Of a stretch of 63,004 nucleotides of DNA, positions 29,025 to 39,305 are shown in pieces (position 1 is the stretch's first letter; each line of letters opens with the position of its first letter). Source of the stretch: an uncultured Nitrospirota bacterium (GTDB lineage: Bacteria > Nitrospirota > Nitrospiria > JACRHA01). The translations under genes were made by a program, and so were the position numbers. The notes beneath the pieces were generated by a model, which worked only from the letters and a program-made list of their open reading frames with translations, did not search any database and was not told where the DNA came from. The stretch is from NCBI GenBank assembly GCA_964481895.1, contig CAYZUL010000002.1, positions 26,347 through 89,350 on the forward strand. The letters are read 5' to 3'.

Positions 29025-29141
29025 TTTTTAGTGGACTATAATCGATGAACGTTATTGCCCAGAATATTTATTTATTTTTATCTTGTTGTACGACACTGAC
29101 TGTTTATGTCAAACCCAATACAAAAAGTTGCTTTGAAGAAT

Positions 29142-30509
29142 TCACATAATTGCTTCACATATTTTTATGTCCGTGCTGGATATCTGGCCATTGAATATGG
29201 CTGCTAATTCCCCTGCCTGTTTTTTTCGTTCGTATTTGTCTATATCGGATAACTTGACATTGGATACAAGTTCCCTTCTCTTAAAACGCCCAAGCATTTC
29301 ACTTATTTTGCTGGTGATAGCCTCTATGTCAGTAGGAGATACTATCTCTCCGGCATCAGCCTCCAGGATTATTCTTGCAGCTTCACCCCCGGAGGGCAGG
29401 AGAGCCAATATCGGTTTTCTCGCATATAAATATAAGAATACCTTTGATGTGACAACCCAGAAATTATTATTCGTAGGAGTTTCGGGCCGCTCTACTAATA
29501 ACAGAATATCGCTTGCGAGCAGTTTTTCCAGTGTCTCCTTGTAAGACATCCATGGTATTATGGCGACAACATCGTTCAAATTTGCCTGTTCTATGTAGTG
29601 ACGTGTCTTCTTTTCCAGCTCCGGAGAGTATTTGAACTCGCCGATGAAATTTACTTTTAATTCCCCTCTTATTTCTGGATGGTGTTGAAGGAGGATATTT
29701 AAGGCTTTCAAGAAATACTCGGGGCTGCGTCCAGGTCCCCATGTACCGGCGTATGTAATGACGCACCTGCCGTTTCTTGAAGCGGCAGCAGTCTCTATAA
29801 AATCGTCTTTGTCATAGCCATTATAGATTACGCTTATCTTGTCCTGACAGAGGTTGCCAAGTTTTATCAGCTCCTCCTTCAACATCTGTCCCACACTTAC
29901 AATGTGGTCAGAGCGGTTCAGGACGAGCCTTTCAAGATATTTGTCGGTTTTTCGTTTGGCAAATGAAAAATTATAGTAAGGGTGTAACGTCGTCCATGGA
30001 TCTCTGAATTCGCAAATCCATTTTACAGATTTAGTAAGCCTTAACAGCAAGGCGACCATGTGTGCCTCGTTATCTGGAGCGCTGGAATAGATTAAATTGA
30101 TGTCTTCCTGCTGGAGCAACCGCCGCGCACTGAAAAAGGCAGGTAGGAGCCACGAATAGTCGTAAAAGAAGAATAAATTAAGCACCTGCAAAAAATGATC
30201 TCGCAGACCATTGGTCATTCCCCCATTTTTATTAGACGAAGATAATCTGCAAACAGCAGTTGGAAGTTGTGGCTGGTACCGGAAAGGGTGCCATTCAGGG
30301 ACACGGCAGATGGTTAAATTAGGTGGCAATTCCTGAAGCAAGGTTTTATCTACTCCGTGATACTCGCCAATCTCCTTTGTCAGAATGATTGGCTGCCACC
30401 CGTAATCAGTCAGGTGCTTGGCGAACTTTGTCATTCGTTTAGCCCCTACATGAATATCAGGGGCAAAGTGGGTGGTAATGAATAAGACTTTTTTCACAGC
30501 AAGGCTCAC
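29142..30509 (-). CDS. GT-B glycosyltransferase (GT4-like, long N-domain)
   Basis: KKVLFITTHFAPDIHVGAKRMTKFAKHLTDYGWQPIILT. It shares the N-terminal pattern of 37214-38482. 455 aa. Confidence 0.65.
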   Translation of the reverse strand: MSLAVKKVLFITTHFAPDIHVGAKRMTKFAKHLTDYGWQPIILTKEIGEYHGVDKTLLQELPPNLTICRVPEWHPFRYQPQLPTAVCRLSSSNKNGGMTNGLRDHFLQVLNLFFFYDYSWLLPAFFSARRLLQQEDINLIYSSAPDNEAHMVALLLRLTKSVKWICEFRDPWTTLHPYYNFSFAKRKTDKYLERLVLNRSDHIVSVGQMLKEELIKLGNLCQDKISVIYNGYDKDDFIETAAASRNGRCVITYAGTWGPGRSPEYFLKALNILLQHHPEIRGELKVNFIGEFKYSPELEKKTRHYIEQANLNDVVAIIPWMSYKETLEKLLASDILLLVERPETPTNNNFWVVTSKVFLYLYARKPILALLPSGGEAARIILEADAGEIVSPTDIEAITSKISEMLGRFKRRELVSNVKLSDIDKYERKKQAGELAAIFNGQISSTDIKICEAIM

Positions 30510-30519
30510 AATCTATTTC

Positions 30520-31989
30520 TTACAAATCTTTAAATTTGAAAAAACTTTGTTCAACGGTCTTCTTTTGATGCAGAAATTCAGACGCGATCCCCCGTGCAAT
30601 GTATGACAGATTGCCATATGCGTTCCATGGGTCGTATCTTGTCAGATTGCAAACAGTCTTCCATGCCTTTGTAAGAATCGGAGCGTTCATCCGTCCGATA
30701 CCCGTCTGTTTCATGGTCCATGATATTTTCTCCATGGCCCTGATTCTGTCCGAAAGAGGATACTCGGGCGTTTCAAAGGCAACCCGCAGTCGTTCATTAC
30801 CGCTGATTTGTCCGGTATACTGATGGGCTGTTTTGTAATCGTAATGCATAGTGCCGTGTTTTAGTACCCACTCGTATGCCGGCGTTCCCGGATAGGGAAT
30901 CAGAAGAGACCATGCCATTTCATCGAACCCAAGCTTTTGTGCCTGCTTAAAGCTTTGCATATCCGTCTGATATGAGGAGCCGGGCAGTCCGATGATAAAT
31001 GAACCGCTTACCCTCAGTCCGTTCTGTTTGGCAATTGCCACTGCCCTGGCGATATCATCTATAGTTTCGCTTTTGTTTACATTGGGGAAGACACTTGGAG
31101 ACAAAGTCTCCACCCCTAATTTCACATCATAAAACCCGGCCCGTTTCATTGCCTTCACCATTTCATCGGTAATCCTGTCGGCGCGGAGACCACTCCTGCA
31201 CGTCCAGGACATATCAATTCCTTCTTTAAGGAGAAGTTCACAAAATTCTATTACTCTTTCACTTGTCAGGTTGAATACGGGCTCACATATATCAAATCTG
31301 CTGACACCAAACTGGTCTCTTGCAAATTTAAGTTCCTCAATTGCCAGATTGAAATTCCGGTTCCTCCATTTTCTCTGCATGGTATGAGGGTTGCAGAATA
31401 CACATCTGAAAGGGCACCCCCGGCTGGTAGATATTCGATACGTGTATTCAGGCGGGACCCTCTTCAGCCCGAATAACCGATAGTCCGGAAAAGGTAGTTT
31501 ATTCAGGTCAGAGATCCACTTGCGCGGCGCATTGACCTTAATCTCTCCGTTGTCCCTGTAAATGATACCTTCAATATCCTGAAGACCCTGCCCGGCCTCC
31601 AGATGTTCAATTAATTCGACCAGCGTTTCCTCACCTTCTCCAACAACGCCAAAATCAACCCTTTTACTGTCTTTCAAAGCACACTCTCTCTCAAAGGACA
31701 TCTGTGCGCCACCAAGAACTATGTGTCCTCTAAAGTAATTGCCAAGATGTTCAACCAGATGCAATGCTGATGCATAAGTAGTGCACATCACGGTAATACC
31801 GACCATATCAGGAGAATAATTTTTTATAATGTCCGGCAGCGCTTTCTCATAGTTCGATATGCGCCGGCAGTTTAAGTCCAGGACAAATACCTCATGACCT
31901 GCCTTATGAACGGATGCAGAGAGCCAGCCAAGACTCGTACTTAAGTTTTCGCCTGTTGCCACATAGGGGTCAATTAACAGTACTCGCAC
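30520..31989 (-). CDS. B12-binding-domain radical SAM enzyme, copy 5
   Basis: MRVLLIDP..LGWLSASV..GITVM and TSRGCPFRCVFC. Confidence 0.85.
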   Translation of the reverse strand: MRVLLIDPYVATGENLSTSLGWLSASVHKAGHEVFVLDLNCRRISNYEKALPDIIKNYSPDMVGITVMCTTYASALHLVEHLGNYFRGHIVLGGAQMSFERECALKDSKRVDFGVVGEGEETLVELIEHLEAGQGLQDIEGIIYRDNGEIKVNAPRKWISDLNKLPFPDYRLFGLKRVPPEYTYRISTSRGCPFRCVFCNPHTMQRKWRNRNFNLAIEELKFARDQFGVSRFDICEPVFNLTSERVIEFCELLLKEGIDMSWTCRSGLRADRITDEMVKAMKRAGFYDVKLGVETLSPSVFPNVNKSETIDDIARAVAIAKQNGLRVSGSFIIGLPGSSYQTDMQSFKQAQKLGFDEMAWSLLIPYPGTPAYEWVLKHGTMHYDYKTAHQYTGQISGNERLRVAFETPEYPLSDRIRAMEKISWTMKQTGIGRMNAPILTKAWKTVCNLTRYDPWNAYGNLSYIARGIASEFLHQKKTVEQSFFKFKDL

Positions 31990-33109
31990 TTAAAACCTCC
32001 TTAACCTTTGTTCTCTCGCGCAGCCGATGATATATTTCCTCAAGAATGTCAAAATTCTTCTCCCAGTCCGCCCTTTTCTTTGCGATTTGTAAATTGCGTT
32101 CTCCCATCTCTCTTTGAAGTTCAGTGTTCTCCAATAAATTAATAATTGCTCCCACCAGCGGTTTTTCGTCCTTCTTGGGCACAACGTAACCGTTCACCCT
32201 ATCTTCCACCCACTCAAAGTTGGAAGGCACATCAGTAACCACAACCGGCAGTCCGCAAGCCATAGCCTCAAGAAGAGAACACGAAGTCCCGTCGCTCAAA
32301 GAGGTGCTTATATAAATGTCTGCGGCATTGAGGTGTTCGGCTAACTTTGTTTTGTCAAGCCAACCGGCAAAATGGACAACGTCATCTATTCCTAATTCGT
32401 TGACAAGCCTTCGATATTCCTGTTCCAGCGCGCCGGTTCCCACCAGAATTACCCTCGCATCAGGACGCTTTTCTAATACAGCGGGGATAGAGCGAATAAA
32501 ATACTCCACGCCGTGCACTTTAATATCAAAGTTTCTTGTGCATATGAGAATCCGGTTTCGCTCCCATCCCAGTTTCTTCCTGATTCCTTCTGAAGGTGCG
32601 GGATAGAACGTCTTAAGATCAATCCCCCACGGAAAAACCACAATCTTATCCGGCAGGCAACTTGACAGTTTAATAATTTGCTCCTTGACCTTATAGGCGT
32701 CACATGTAATCATATCCGCACGCCTCAAAGTAAAACGGGTTTTCCACATGGCACGGGTTGAATCATAGGGTCTGATTAAAACGTCTGAGCCCCAGGGCAT
32801 GGAAATTGTCGGCTGGAAATAACTTAAAGCTCCAATCAAGCCATGGTCCTGGACCCATCCTGTGTGCAAGACATCCGGTTTAATAACATTCAGTAACTTG
32901 CGAAGATGCCATGCAGTCTGCAAAATGATAAACCGTCTGAAGCGATGCAGGGTATTGTAATCATAAAAATAGTTTTTTACGCCCTCAACTTCATACCTCC
33001 GGTCCGGATAGTATGAAATAAAATGGGGCTCGTGACCTCGCTCCACCATCTTTTCCAGAAAATACCGGTCATAAATGCTGTTTCCACGGGATAGGTAGGC
33101 TATTTTCAT
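31970..33109 (-). CDS. GT4 glycosyltransferase
   Basis: SDGTSCSLLEAMACGLPVVVTDVPSNFEWV. It overlaps both flanking radical SAM genes (31970-31989 and 33106-33109). Confidence 0.85.
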   Translation of the reverse strand: MKIAYLSRGNSIYDRYFLEKMVERGHEPHFISYYPDRRYEVEGVKNYFYDYNTLHRFRRFIILQTAWHLRKLLNVIKPDVLHTGWVQDHGLIGALSYFQPTISMPWGSDVLIRPYDSTRAMWKTRFTLRRADMITCDAYKVKEQIIKLSSCLPDKIVVFPWGIDLKTFYPAPSEGIRKKLGWERNRILICTRNFDIKVHGVEYFIRSIPAVLEKRPDARVILVGTGALEQEYRRLVNELGIDDVVHFAGWLDKTKLAEHLNAADIYISTSLSDGTSCSLLEAMACGLPVVVTDVPSNFEWVEDRVNGYVVPKKDEKPLVGAIINLLENTELQREMGERNLQIAKKRADWEKNFDILEEIYHRLRERTKVKEVLSASTVN

Positions 33110-34545
33110 TGCAAGCCCGAACCTTTTTTTAGATAGTTGATTCCCTGAATTGCGATAGTTCTTTGTATACGACTTAATAATCTCCTGTCATCTATGGGAG
33201 AACAATTCTCCCATAGCAAACGCAACAAGTGAATAATCGGATACAGCCACCGTGGGCTGTATACATAAAGGTCAAACACGTATTGGTAGCCAATCAACTT
33301 ACGGGGTGAGATAGAGGGTTGTTCTAAAAAAACTTCACTGTAATAACCGGCATTAATCTCCCGGATAGACCATCCTTCTTTATCACAGATGTCTTTAGCC
33401 TCGGAACCTGCAAGTGGCATAAAGATCGTATGACAAACTCCGTCAGGCCGGGATAATCTGTTTAGATTAATAGTATCCCATATTGTTTTTTCTGTCTCGT
33501 GTGGTGCCCCTATAATATTAAATGTAACCACCTTCAATCCTGCTTTCTTGGCATCTGATATTGCAGTCAGTATCTGTTCTTTGCTCATATTCCGCTTGAG
33601 CACCTTGTTTCTTTGATAATCGTTGCCTGCCTCAAGGCCTATGTGCACTTCCCGGCATCCGGCATTTTTCAAAGCGCCTAAAACTTCCTTATTTACATGA
33701 TTTGCCCTGGTTTGACATTGGAAAGGAAGAGCTATTTCTCTGGCATATGCCGGGCAAAATTCAAGAATACGTTTAGAATCAATTGTAAAAGTGTCGTCGG
33801 AAAATGTTACACCTTTAACATCATAGCTGAATTTTACCTCTTTAAGTTCCTCGATCAATTTCTCAGTTCTTCTTTTTCTGAGAAACTGGCCTTTACCATG
33901 ATAAAGGTCCTGAAGGTATGGGTTATGACAGTAGCTACATTGATGGGGGCATCCCCTTGAACTGATAAAATTTGCCCACTTAATATTTCTGTTTTCAAAT
34001 TCGTCACGTATTAGTTCCCTATCCGGAAAGGGGATAGTATCGAGATCCTCTACAAGAGGACGCACATCATTTTTTAAAATCCTGCCGTTTTGTCTAACCC
34101 ATATGTTTGCAATATTGGTTGTATCACGTTCATCCTCAAGCGCCTTCACGAGATCCAACATAGCGTATTCCCCTTCGCCAACGCAAAGAAAATCCGCATT
34201 ACTCTGGTTTAACATCCTCTCCGGATCAACAGTGGGGCCGGCGCCGCCCAGGACAATTTTGATGTCTGTATTTTTCTTAATCCATTCCGCAAACAATTTG
34301 CCTCTGTAGAAGTTAGTGCTAAGCAGCGAAATACCGATAAGACCCGGTTTAAACTTATTAACAACATTCAGTAACCTTTCTTTAACGACAAGAGGATTCT
34401 TGTCGCAATTCCAGTCTTCCTCTTCGGTAAGTTTAAAAAGAGCTGTTTCATGGCCATGCTGCTTAAGGACCGCGGATAGGTACAGAATACCAAGCGGCTG
34501 TTCAAATGAACGAATATGCAGTGGGTAAATTAGGATAACTTTCAT
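33106..34545 (-). CDS. B12-binding-domain radical SAM enzyme, copy 6
   Basis: MKVILIYP..PLGILYLSAV..GISLL and SSRGCPHQCSYC. Confidence 0.85.
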   Translation of the reverse strand: MKVILIYPLHIRSFEQPLGILYLSAVLKQHGHETALFKLTEEEDWNCDKNPLVVKERLLNVVNKFKPGLIGISLLSTNFYRGKLFAEWIKKNTDIKIVLGGAGPTVDPERMLNQSNADFLCVGEGEYAMLDLVKALEDERDTTNIANIWVRQNGRILKNDVRPLVEDLDTIPFPDRELIRDEFENRNIKWANFISSRGCPHQCSYCHNPYLQDLYHGKGQFLRKRRTEKLIEELKEVKFSYDVKGVTFSDDTFTIDSKRILEFCPAYAREIALPFQCQTRANHVNKEVLGALKNAGCREVHIGLEAGNDYQRNKVLKRNMSKEQILTAISDAKKAGLKVVTFNIIGAPHETEKTIWDTINLNRLSRPDGVCHTIFMPLAGSEAKDICDKEGWSIREINAGYYSEVFLEQPSISPRKLIGYQYVFDLYVYSPRWLYPIIHLLRLLWENCSPIDDRRLLSRIQRTIAIQGINYLKKGSGLQ

Positions 34546-34609
34546 CCTATATCCTTTCTCTGTGAGATTGTGAAAGGTTTTATAAAAAAGATATTTAAGC
34601 CTTATTTTA

Positions 34610-36316
34610 CTATATAGTTGACTCTATATTATGAGGTGATTGCCTTTCTTCCCCAAAACCCCAACTCATAACTAGACTCCAGAGTACAACCCTTTGCAAA
34701 ATCGGGGCAGGGTATGTCCACCAGAAACTCCCAACAAGAGATAAAAAAAACCAAGACAGACATCCGAGAAAAATGCTGTATCTCAATTCCTTAAGTCGAA
34801 TATCGCTTGCAGGCCCCGCTGAATGTATACCTTTATTTAAAACAATAAATTGGATTGACAGCATGGCTATGGCAGGCAATATCCCGCCTTCAAGCCAGAA
34901 TTGCAGGTAATCATTGTGTACGTTGCTCTCGTTATACTTCAAAAAATTGTCTATTGAGGTATCCAGCCCCATTCCAGTAAATGGTTTTTCTATTATCAAT
35001 TCCCAGCTTTCCTGCCAGAGGAAAAGCCTTTTGGATGACAGCAGATTCCAATCACGCTCTTCCAAACCCATAAGCATATTGGGCCTGACTGTACTCCTCA
35101 GTGCATGCCATACGTCACCAAAAAATAACCCCACAGACAATAACAGGGCAAGAGCCAGTACATAAGGCCGCATTTTTCTGGAGAACACAGCTAACAAAAC
35201 CGCCTGTATGGCAACAATCAGCCATACAGCACGAGAAAATGACAATAGAATATCGGCAAAACCAAGCAGTAATGTGAAGATAGCAACTATTCTTGTAACC
35301 GGTTTTTCATTACGGTCCAGATACAACATAAGCGCAAGCGGCCAAAGCGATGCTGCAAAAATTCCACCTGTCCAGAACATAGTGGCGACCCGGATATCTT
35401 CACTGAAACGACTTAATGACAAACCCGTTGACTGGATGATGCGGTGTAGATTGTAATAGTCTGTGACTGCGGCAAAAAGCAGCATGGCAGTGAACACCAT
35501 GCGTCTGTTTGTTGGTGTTTTTACACAGTCAACAACTACGTAATACAGCATAAAGGGAACGAGACCGCCCCATATAAAATATGCTATGCTTTTTGGTATG
35601 TCGCTTGAGAAAGGAATCGAAGCCAGACACCCAGCAAGAAAAACTGCGATTGGCAAGTCCAGCGGGGTGCGTTGCCACCGCCCCTGTCTGAGGCTAACAT
35701 TTAGCAGCCACCCTCCAAACAAGCCCGCCACCAGTAGTGCCTCAAGCGGTAGATAAGCAAGGAATTCCGGTTTATGAGTCTGAGCTGTAATGGTTTCCTG
35801 AAATATTAGAAAGGGATTCAATACCGAACCGGCGGCAATACCCCATTGGGGTTCAAAATGTTTTCTAATCATTTCTATGGCAGGCAACGAAAGAAAGAGC
35901 ATGAATACAGCTGTTGTCATTTTTCCGGCAAGGCAAAACACAGGAATAATAATTATTAGTAACAGTATAAATAACTCAAGCATATTTATGACCCATGCCC
36001 CCGGCATTGTGAAAATCATAAAGGTGATAAAACCAAGGGGACCTGAGAGTAACAATAACAGAAATAACTTTCTTGTGGGTATTGGCTCTGACTTACTGTA
36101 CAAAGGTATTCGGTTAAATTTGATAATAACTACGACTATGAATAACAAGGCAAGTGCAAATATCGGCATTGAACTCTGTAACCACAAGCTTATGGATGGG
36201 TTTGTTAGGTTAGGTATGAAGACACCGATCTGCCATGACAATAATATCAGTATTACTGTCATTAAGGTATTGAGAACAAAATCTCTTGAAAATATTCTGT
36301 CCAATTTTATCTGCAT
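34610..36316 (-). CDS. O-antigen ligase/polymerase family membrane protein (Wzy_C-type)
   Basis: 568 aa with more than 10 predicted TM helices. A periplasmic-loop region contains VHNDYLQFWLEGGILP, typical of the Wzy_C/WaaL domain. Confidence 0.7.
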   Translation of the reverse strand: MQIKLDRIFSRDFVLNTLMTVILILLSWQIGVFIPNLTNPSISLWLQSSMPIFALALLFIVVVIIKFNRIPLYSKSEPIPTRKLFLLLLLSGPLGFITFMIFTMPGAWVINMLELFILLLIIIIPVFCLAGKMTTAVFMLFLSLPAIEMIRKHFEPQWGIAAGSVLNPFLIFQETITAQTHKPEFLAYLPLEALLVAGLFGGWLLNVSLRQGRWQRTPLDLPIAVFLAGCLASIPFSSDIPKSIAYFIWGGLVPFMLYYVVVDCVKTPTNRRMVFTAMLLFAAVTDYYNLHRIIQSTGLSLSRFSEDIRVATMFWTGGIFAASLWPLALMLYLDRNEKPVTRIVAIFTLLLGFADILLSFSRAVWLIVAIQAVLLAVFSRKMRPYVLALALLLSVGLFFGDVWHALRSTVRPNMLMGLEERDWNLLSSKRLFLWQESWELIIEKPFTGMGLDTSIDNFLKYNESNVHNDYLQFWLEGGILPAIAMLSIQFIVLNKGIHSAGPASDIRLKELRYSIFLGCLSWFFLSLVGSFWWTYPAPILQRVVLWSLVMSWGFGEERQSPHNIESTI

Positions 36317-36377
36317 AAGATTATGGTTATTGTTTTTTTATCTTATTTGGATACTTCACAAGACAGTAGGTGTTTCT

Positions 36378-37214
36378 TTATTCTTTGATAAGAACACTTA
36401 CTAATAAACTCCCGGGCAATTTGTTTAAGGGCCAGAGAATCATATTCATCCAGCCATTAAGAAGGTCGTAAATTTGTTGCAGTCGTGTCAGGCCCGCCGC
36501 AGAGAAAAAGTAACTCAGAAACTGTGTTTCAAGAATAAGACCAAAAGAATACTCTTTCAGCACTTTCAAATCCCTGACCTGAATGGCAAGGTTCTTGAGT
36601 GTGCTCATGGGTTTTTCATAGCCATAACGCCAGATTCCCGCTTCTATCGCCCGCTTAACCCCTGCCCGGTAAAAAGGCGCTCCTTCCTTCGGGACAACAA
36701 GAATCATAAGCCCGCCTTTTTTCAGAACGCGTGTGTATTCTCTTAGGGCAGCCACCTGTCGTTCTTCAGAGAAGTGTTCAAGCACCCCTTCATTCCAGAG
36801 CACGTCAAAGGTCTCGTCTACAAACGGCATATCGAACATGGAAGCGTGTATCAGTTTCCTGTTGTTTTTATAACAGGGGATTTTTTTGCTCAGCATAAGT
36901 GCGCTGGCAGAGAGGTCAAGCAAATGCACGTCTGCTCCACTATATGATAACTGTGTAGTAATAACACCTGTTCCTGAACCCGGCTCCAGTATCTTTAATC
37001 CTGCTATCTGTCCGTGTGTCGCTATTATCTCGTTTTCAACCATATTTATCAGCAGCCGCTGTTTGGAAAAAATGTGGTACGGAAAATTCAATGCATGATA
37101 GAGATGTCCCCAGAAACTTTCGGGATGAGTATCTTCTAAATCCAATGATTTGCTCCACAGCGCATCAAATACTTTTTCCGGCTTCTCATGAGAGCTGGTT
37201 TCCATTTTATGCAT
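36378..37214 (-). CDS. Class I SAM-dependent methyltransferase
   Basis: Motif I ILEPGSGTGVIT and LDLS. Its start abuts the stop of the upstream GT at 37214. Confidence 0.75.
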   Translation of the reverse strand: MHKMETSSHEKPEKVFDALWSKSLDLEDTHPESFWGHLYHALNFPYHIFSKQRLLINMVENEIIATHGQIAGLKILEPGSGTGVITTQLSYSGADVHLLDLSASALMLSKKIPCYKNNRKLIHASMFDMPFVDETFDVLWNEGVLEHFSEERQVAALREYTRVLKKGGLMILVVPKEGAPFYRAGVKRAIEAGIWRYGYEKPMSTLKNLAIQVRDLKVLKEYSFGLILETQFLSYFFSAAGLTRLQQIYDLLNGWMNMILWPLNKLPGSLLVSVLIKE

Positions 37215-38482
37215 TATGTCTGTCTTCCCGTAATTCTATCCAATACCTGAGCAAGCTCTTTGGTTACTTCCTTTGCCTCATGCCTGCCGATTTCTTGCCA
37301 GTCCGGTTCAATTGACAGTTCACCTTTTTCCCAACGGTTGTACATGCTCAGAATTGCCGTTTTAATCCCCTCAATATCATCATAGTTAACAACGACTCCC
37401 GTTTTTGTACGCCTGATTATCTCCGGTGTAGCCCCTTCACTTGGCCCCAGAACTATAATAGGCCGCCCGCATGCAATATACTCAAATGTCTTACCCTGTA
37501 TACAATGTTTTGCCCTGTTAAGCTGATCCATAATCAACAGTAAAACACTTGCCTGCTTCAAATGGTCAAAGACCTGACAATGGGGAAGAAGACCAATACA
37601 TCGTATTACCTTAGCTACCAGACTATTCTTAAAACCGTTAAATGCAACGCAGCGGGCATTACCGAGAAAAAGTAGTTCGACTTTGTCAATTGCCAATTGT
37701 TTTTCTGACAGCAAATCCTCCACTGCTCTCAAGAAACTCGTAGCCTTCCTGTAATTATAAAGTGAACCTGTATAGGTAATGCAGAATTTGTCTGTCTTCT
37801 CTTCTTCACATGCTTGCGTCTGGAAGTCGGTCTCATCAAAAGCCAGTGTGACAGCAGAAGACTTTGTGCCGATGTCTATGGGAAAGAGTGATACCATCCC
37901 GGGCCATGCAAGGACAATTTGGTCAGCCAAATTCAGAGTCTCTTGCTCCAACCAGGCATCAAGTCTTCTCTGCAAGGCAAGGGGATAAAGACGATTTGGG
38001 TTTTGTGTCCACTCATCTCCAAAATGAGCTGCCCATGGGAGTCGAGTTTTTCTTTTTAAGAGGTAGCCAATCAGGTGGGATGTGTAAGGACCACTGAGTG
38101 TATAAATTATATCTATCTGTTGACTTCGGATAATTCTCATAGCATGGAAATACGCAAACGGCAGCCAGCCAATTTGTTCATCAGGCGGCAGGTTGTTCCA
38201 CAGCCTTATCAGAGCGTGTGCAAGTCTGCTTTCGGGAAATTTACGAAACAACAGAGATGGCTGCCTGACGTCAAAGTAGCCGGTACGTGTGATTTGCACC
38301 GCTGATGGAATCTTATTCATCAACAACTCGTCAACTGGCTCTCCAAAGCCGCCTTTCCTGACAGTCAGAACATGAGTATGCCAGCCAAAATTCTCCAAGT
38401 ACCGGGCGTAAGTGCAAGCCTGAAGAGAGCCCATATTTATTTTAGGAGGGAATTCATAACTGATAAACAGCACGTTTTTCAC
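37214..38482 (-). CDS. GT-B glycosyltransferase (GT4-like, long N-domain)
   Basis: MKNVLFISYEFPPKINMGSLQACTYARYLENFGWHTHVLT, paralogous in pattern to 29142-30509. Confidence 0.65.
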   Translation of the reverse strand: MKNVLFISYEFPPKINMGSLQACTYARYLENFGWHTHVLTVRKGGFGEPVDELLMNKIPSAVQITRTGYFDVRQPSLLFRKFPESRLAHALIRLWNNLPPDEQIGWLPFAYFHAMRIIRSQQIDIIYTLSGPYTSHLIGYLLKRKTRLPWAAHFGDEWTQNPNRLYPLALQRRLDAWLEQETLNLADQIVLAWPGMVSLFPIDIGTKSSAVTLAFDETDFQTQACEEEKTDKFCITYTGSLYNYRKATSFLRAVEDLLSEKQLAIDKVELLFLGNARCVAFNGFKNSLVAKVIRCIGLLPHCQVFDHLKQASVLLLIMDQLNRAKHCIQGKTFEYIACGRPIIVLGPSEGATPEIIRRTKTGVVVNYDDIEGIKTAILSMYNRWEKGELSIEPDWQEIGRHEAKEVTKELAQVLDRITGRQT

Positions 38483-38500
38483 AGAATAAATTCCAGACCG

Positions 38501-39283
38501 CTATATGATATCAGCAAAGGTCATCTCCTCTTTCTTAAAATACCAGTAAGAAGTAAAGAATAAGACGACCGTCACTACTGCTGTCATCTCGAGATAATGG
38601 AAATCCGGTGAAAGCCCGAGCAGAAACGCACGGCGATAGCCGTCAATCAGGCTTGCCATAGGATTAAGCATGTATATTGTCCGCAGGCGCTCCGGCACGA
38701 TGCTTACAGGATAAATAATAGGCGTAGCATACATCCAGATTTGCAAAACCAGAGGCAGAGCATATTTCACATCACGATAGCGAACGTTCACTGCTGCAAC
38801 GAAAAACGAGAGACTTAACGCAAAGACAATCTGGATCAGCACCAGAGGAATAACATAGAGGATGTTCCATGTGAGTGGTATCTGATAAAAAATCATCATA
38901 AGCACGAAGATGCTGGTTGCAATGATGAAATCAACGCTGGCAGCTAAAATTGAAGCACAGGGGAAAATCTCTCGCGGGAAATATATTTTTTTAATCAAAT
39001 CAGCATTGTTGACTACACTGGGAATGGCAAAGGAGAGCGATGCAGAAAAGAAACTCCATGGCAACAAAGCGCTGTATGAAAAAATGGGATAGGGAATTCC
39101 GTCGCTTGGAATTTTGGCAAAACGGGAAAAAATAATTGTGAAAATTGCCATCATGGATAAGGGTTGCAACACTGCCCACGCCATGCCGAGCAGCGACTGC
39201 TTATAGCGTACCTTAATCTCGCGTATAGTAATGCTTTTCAATAACTCGCGATATTTTGGTAATTCTCTCAGCGGAATGACCAT
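38501..39283 (-). CDS. wzm: ABC-2 type polysaccharide exporter permease (Wzm/TagG-like)
   Basis: REIKVRYKQSLLGMAWAVLQP signature and six hydrophobic segments. The ATG at 39283 is preferred over 39373: an AAGGAGG motif lies 11 nt upstream and it avoids a 68-nt overlap with wzt. Confidence 0.85.
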   Translation of the reverse strand: MVIPLRELPKYRELLKSITIREIKVRYKQSLLGMAWAVLQPLSMMAIFTIIFSRFAKIPSDGIPYPIFSYSALLPWSFFSASLSFAIPSVVNNADLIKKIYFPREIFPCASILAASVDFIIATSIFVLMMIFYQIPLTWNILYVIPLVLIQIVFALSLSFFVAAVNVRYRDVKYALPLVLQIWMYATPIIYPVSIVPERLRTIYMLNPMASLIDGYRRAFLLGLSPDFHYLEMTAVVTVVLFFTSYWYFKKEEMTFADII

Positions 39284-39305
39284 TGGAAACCAAGCCTCCT
39301 TTATT

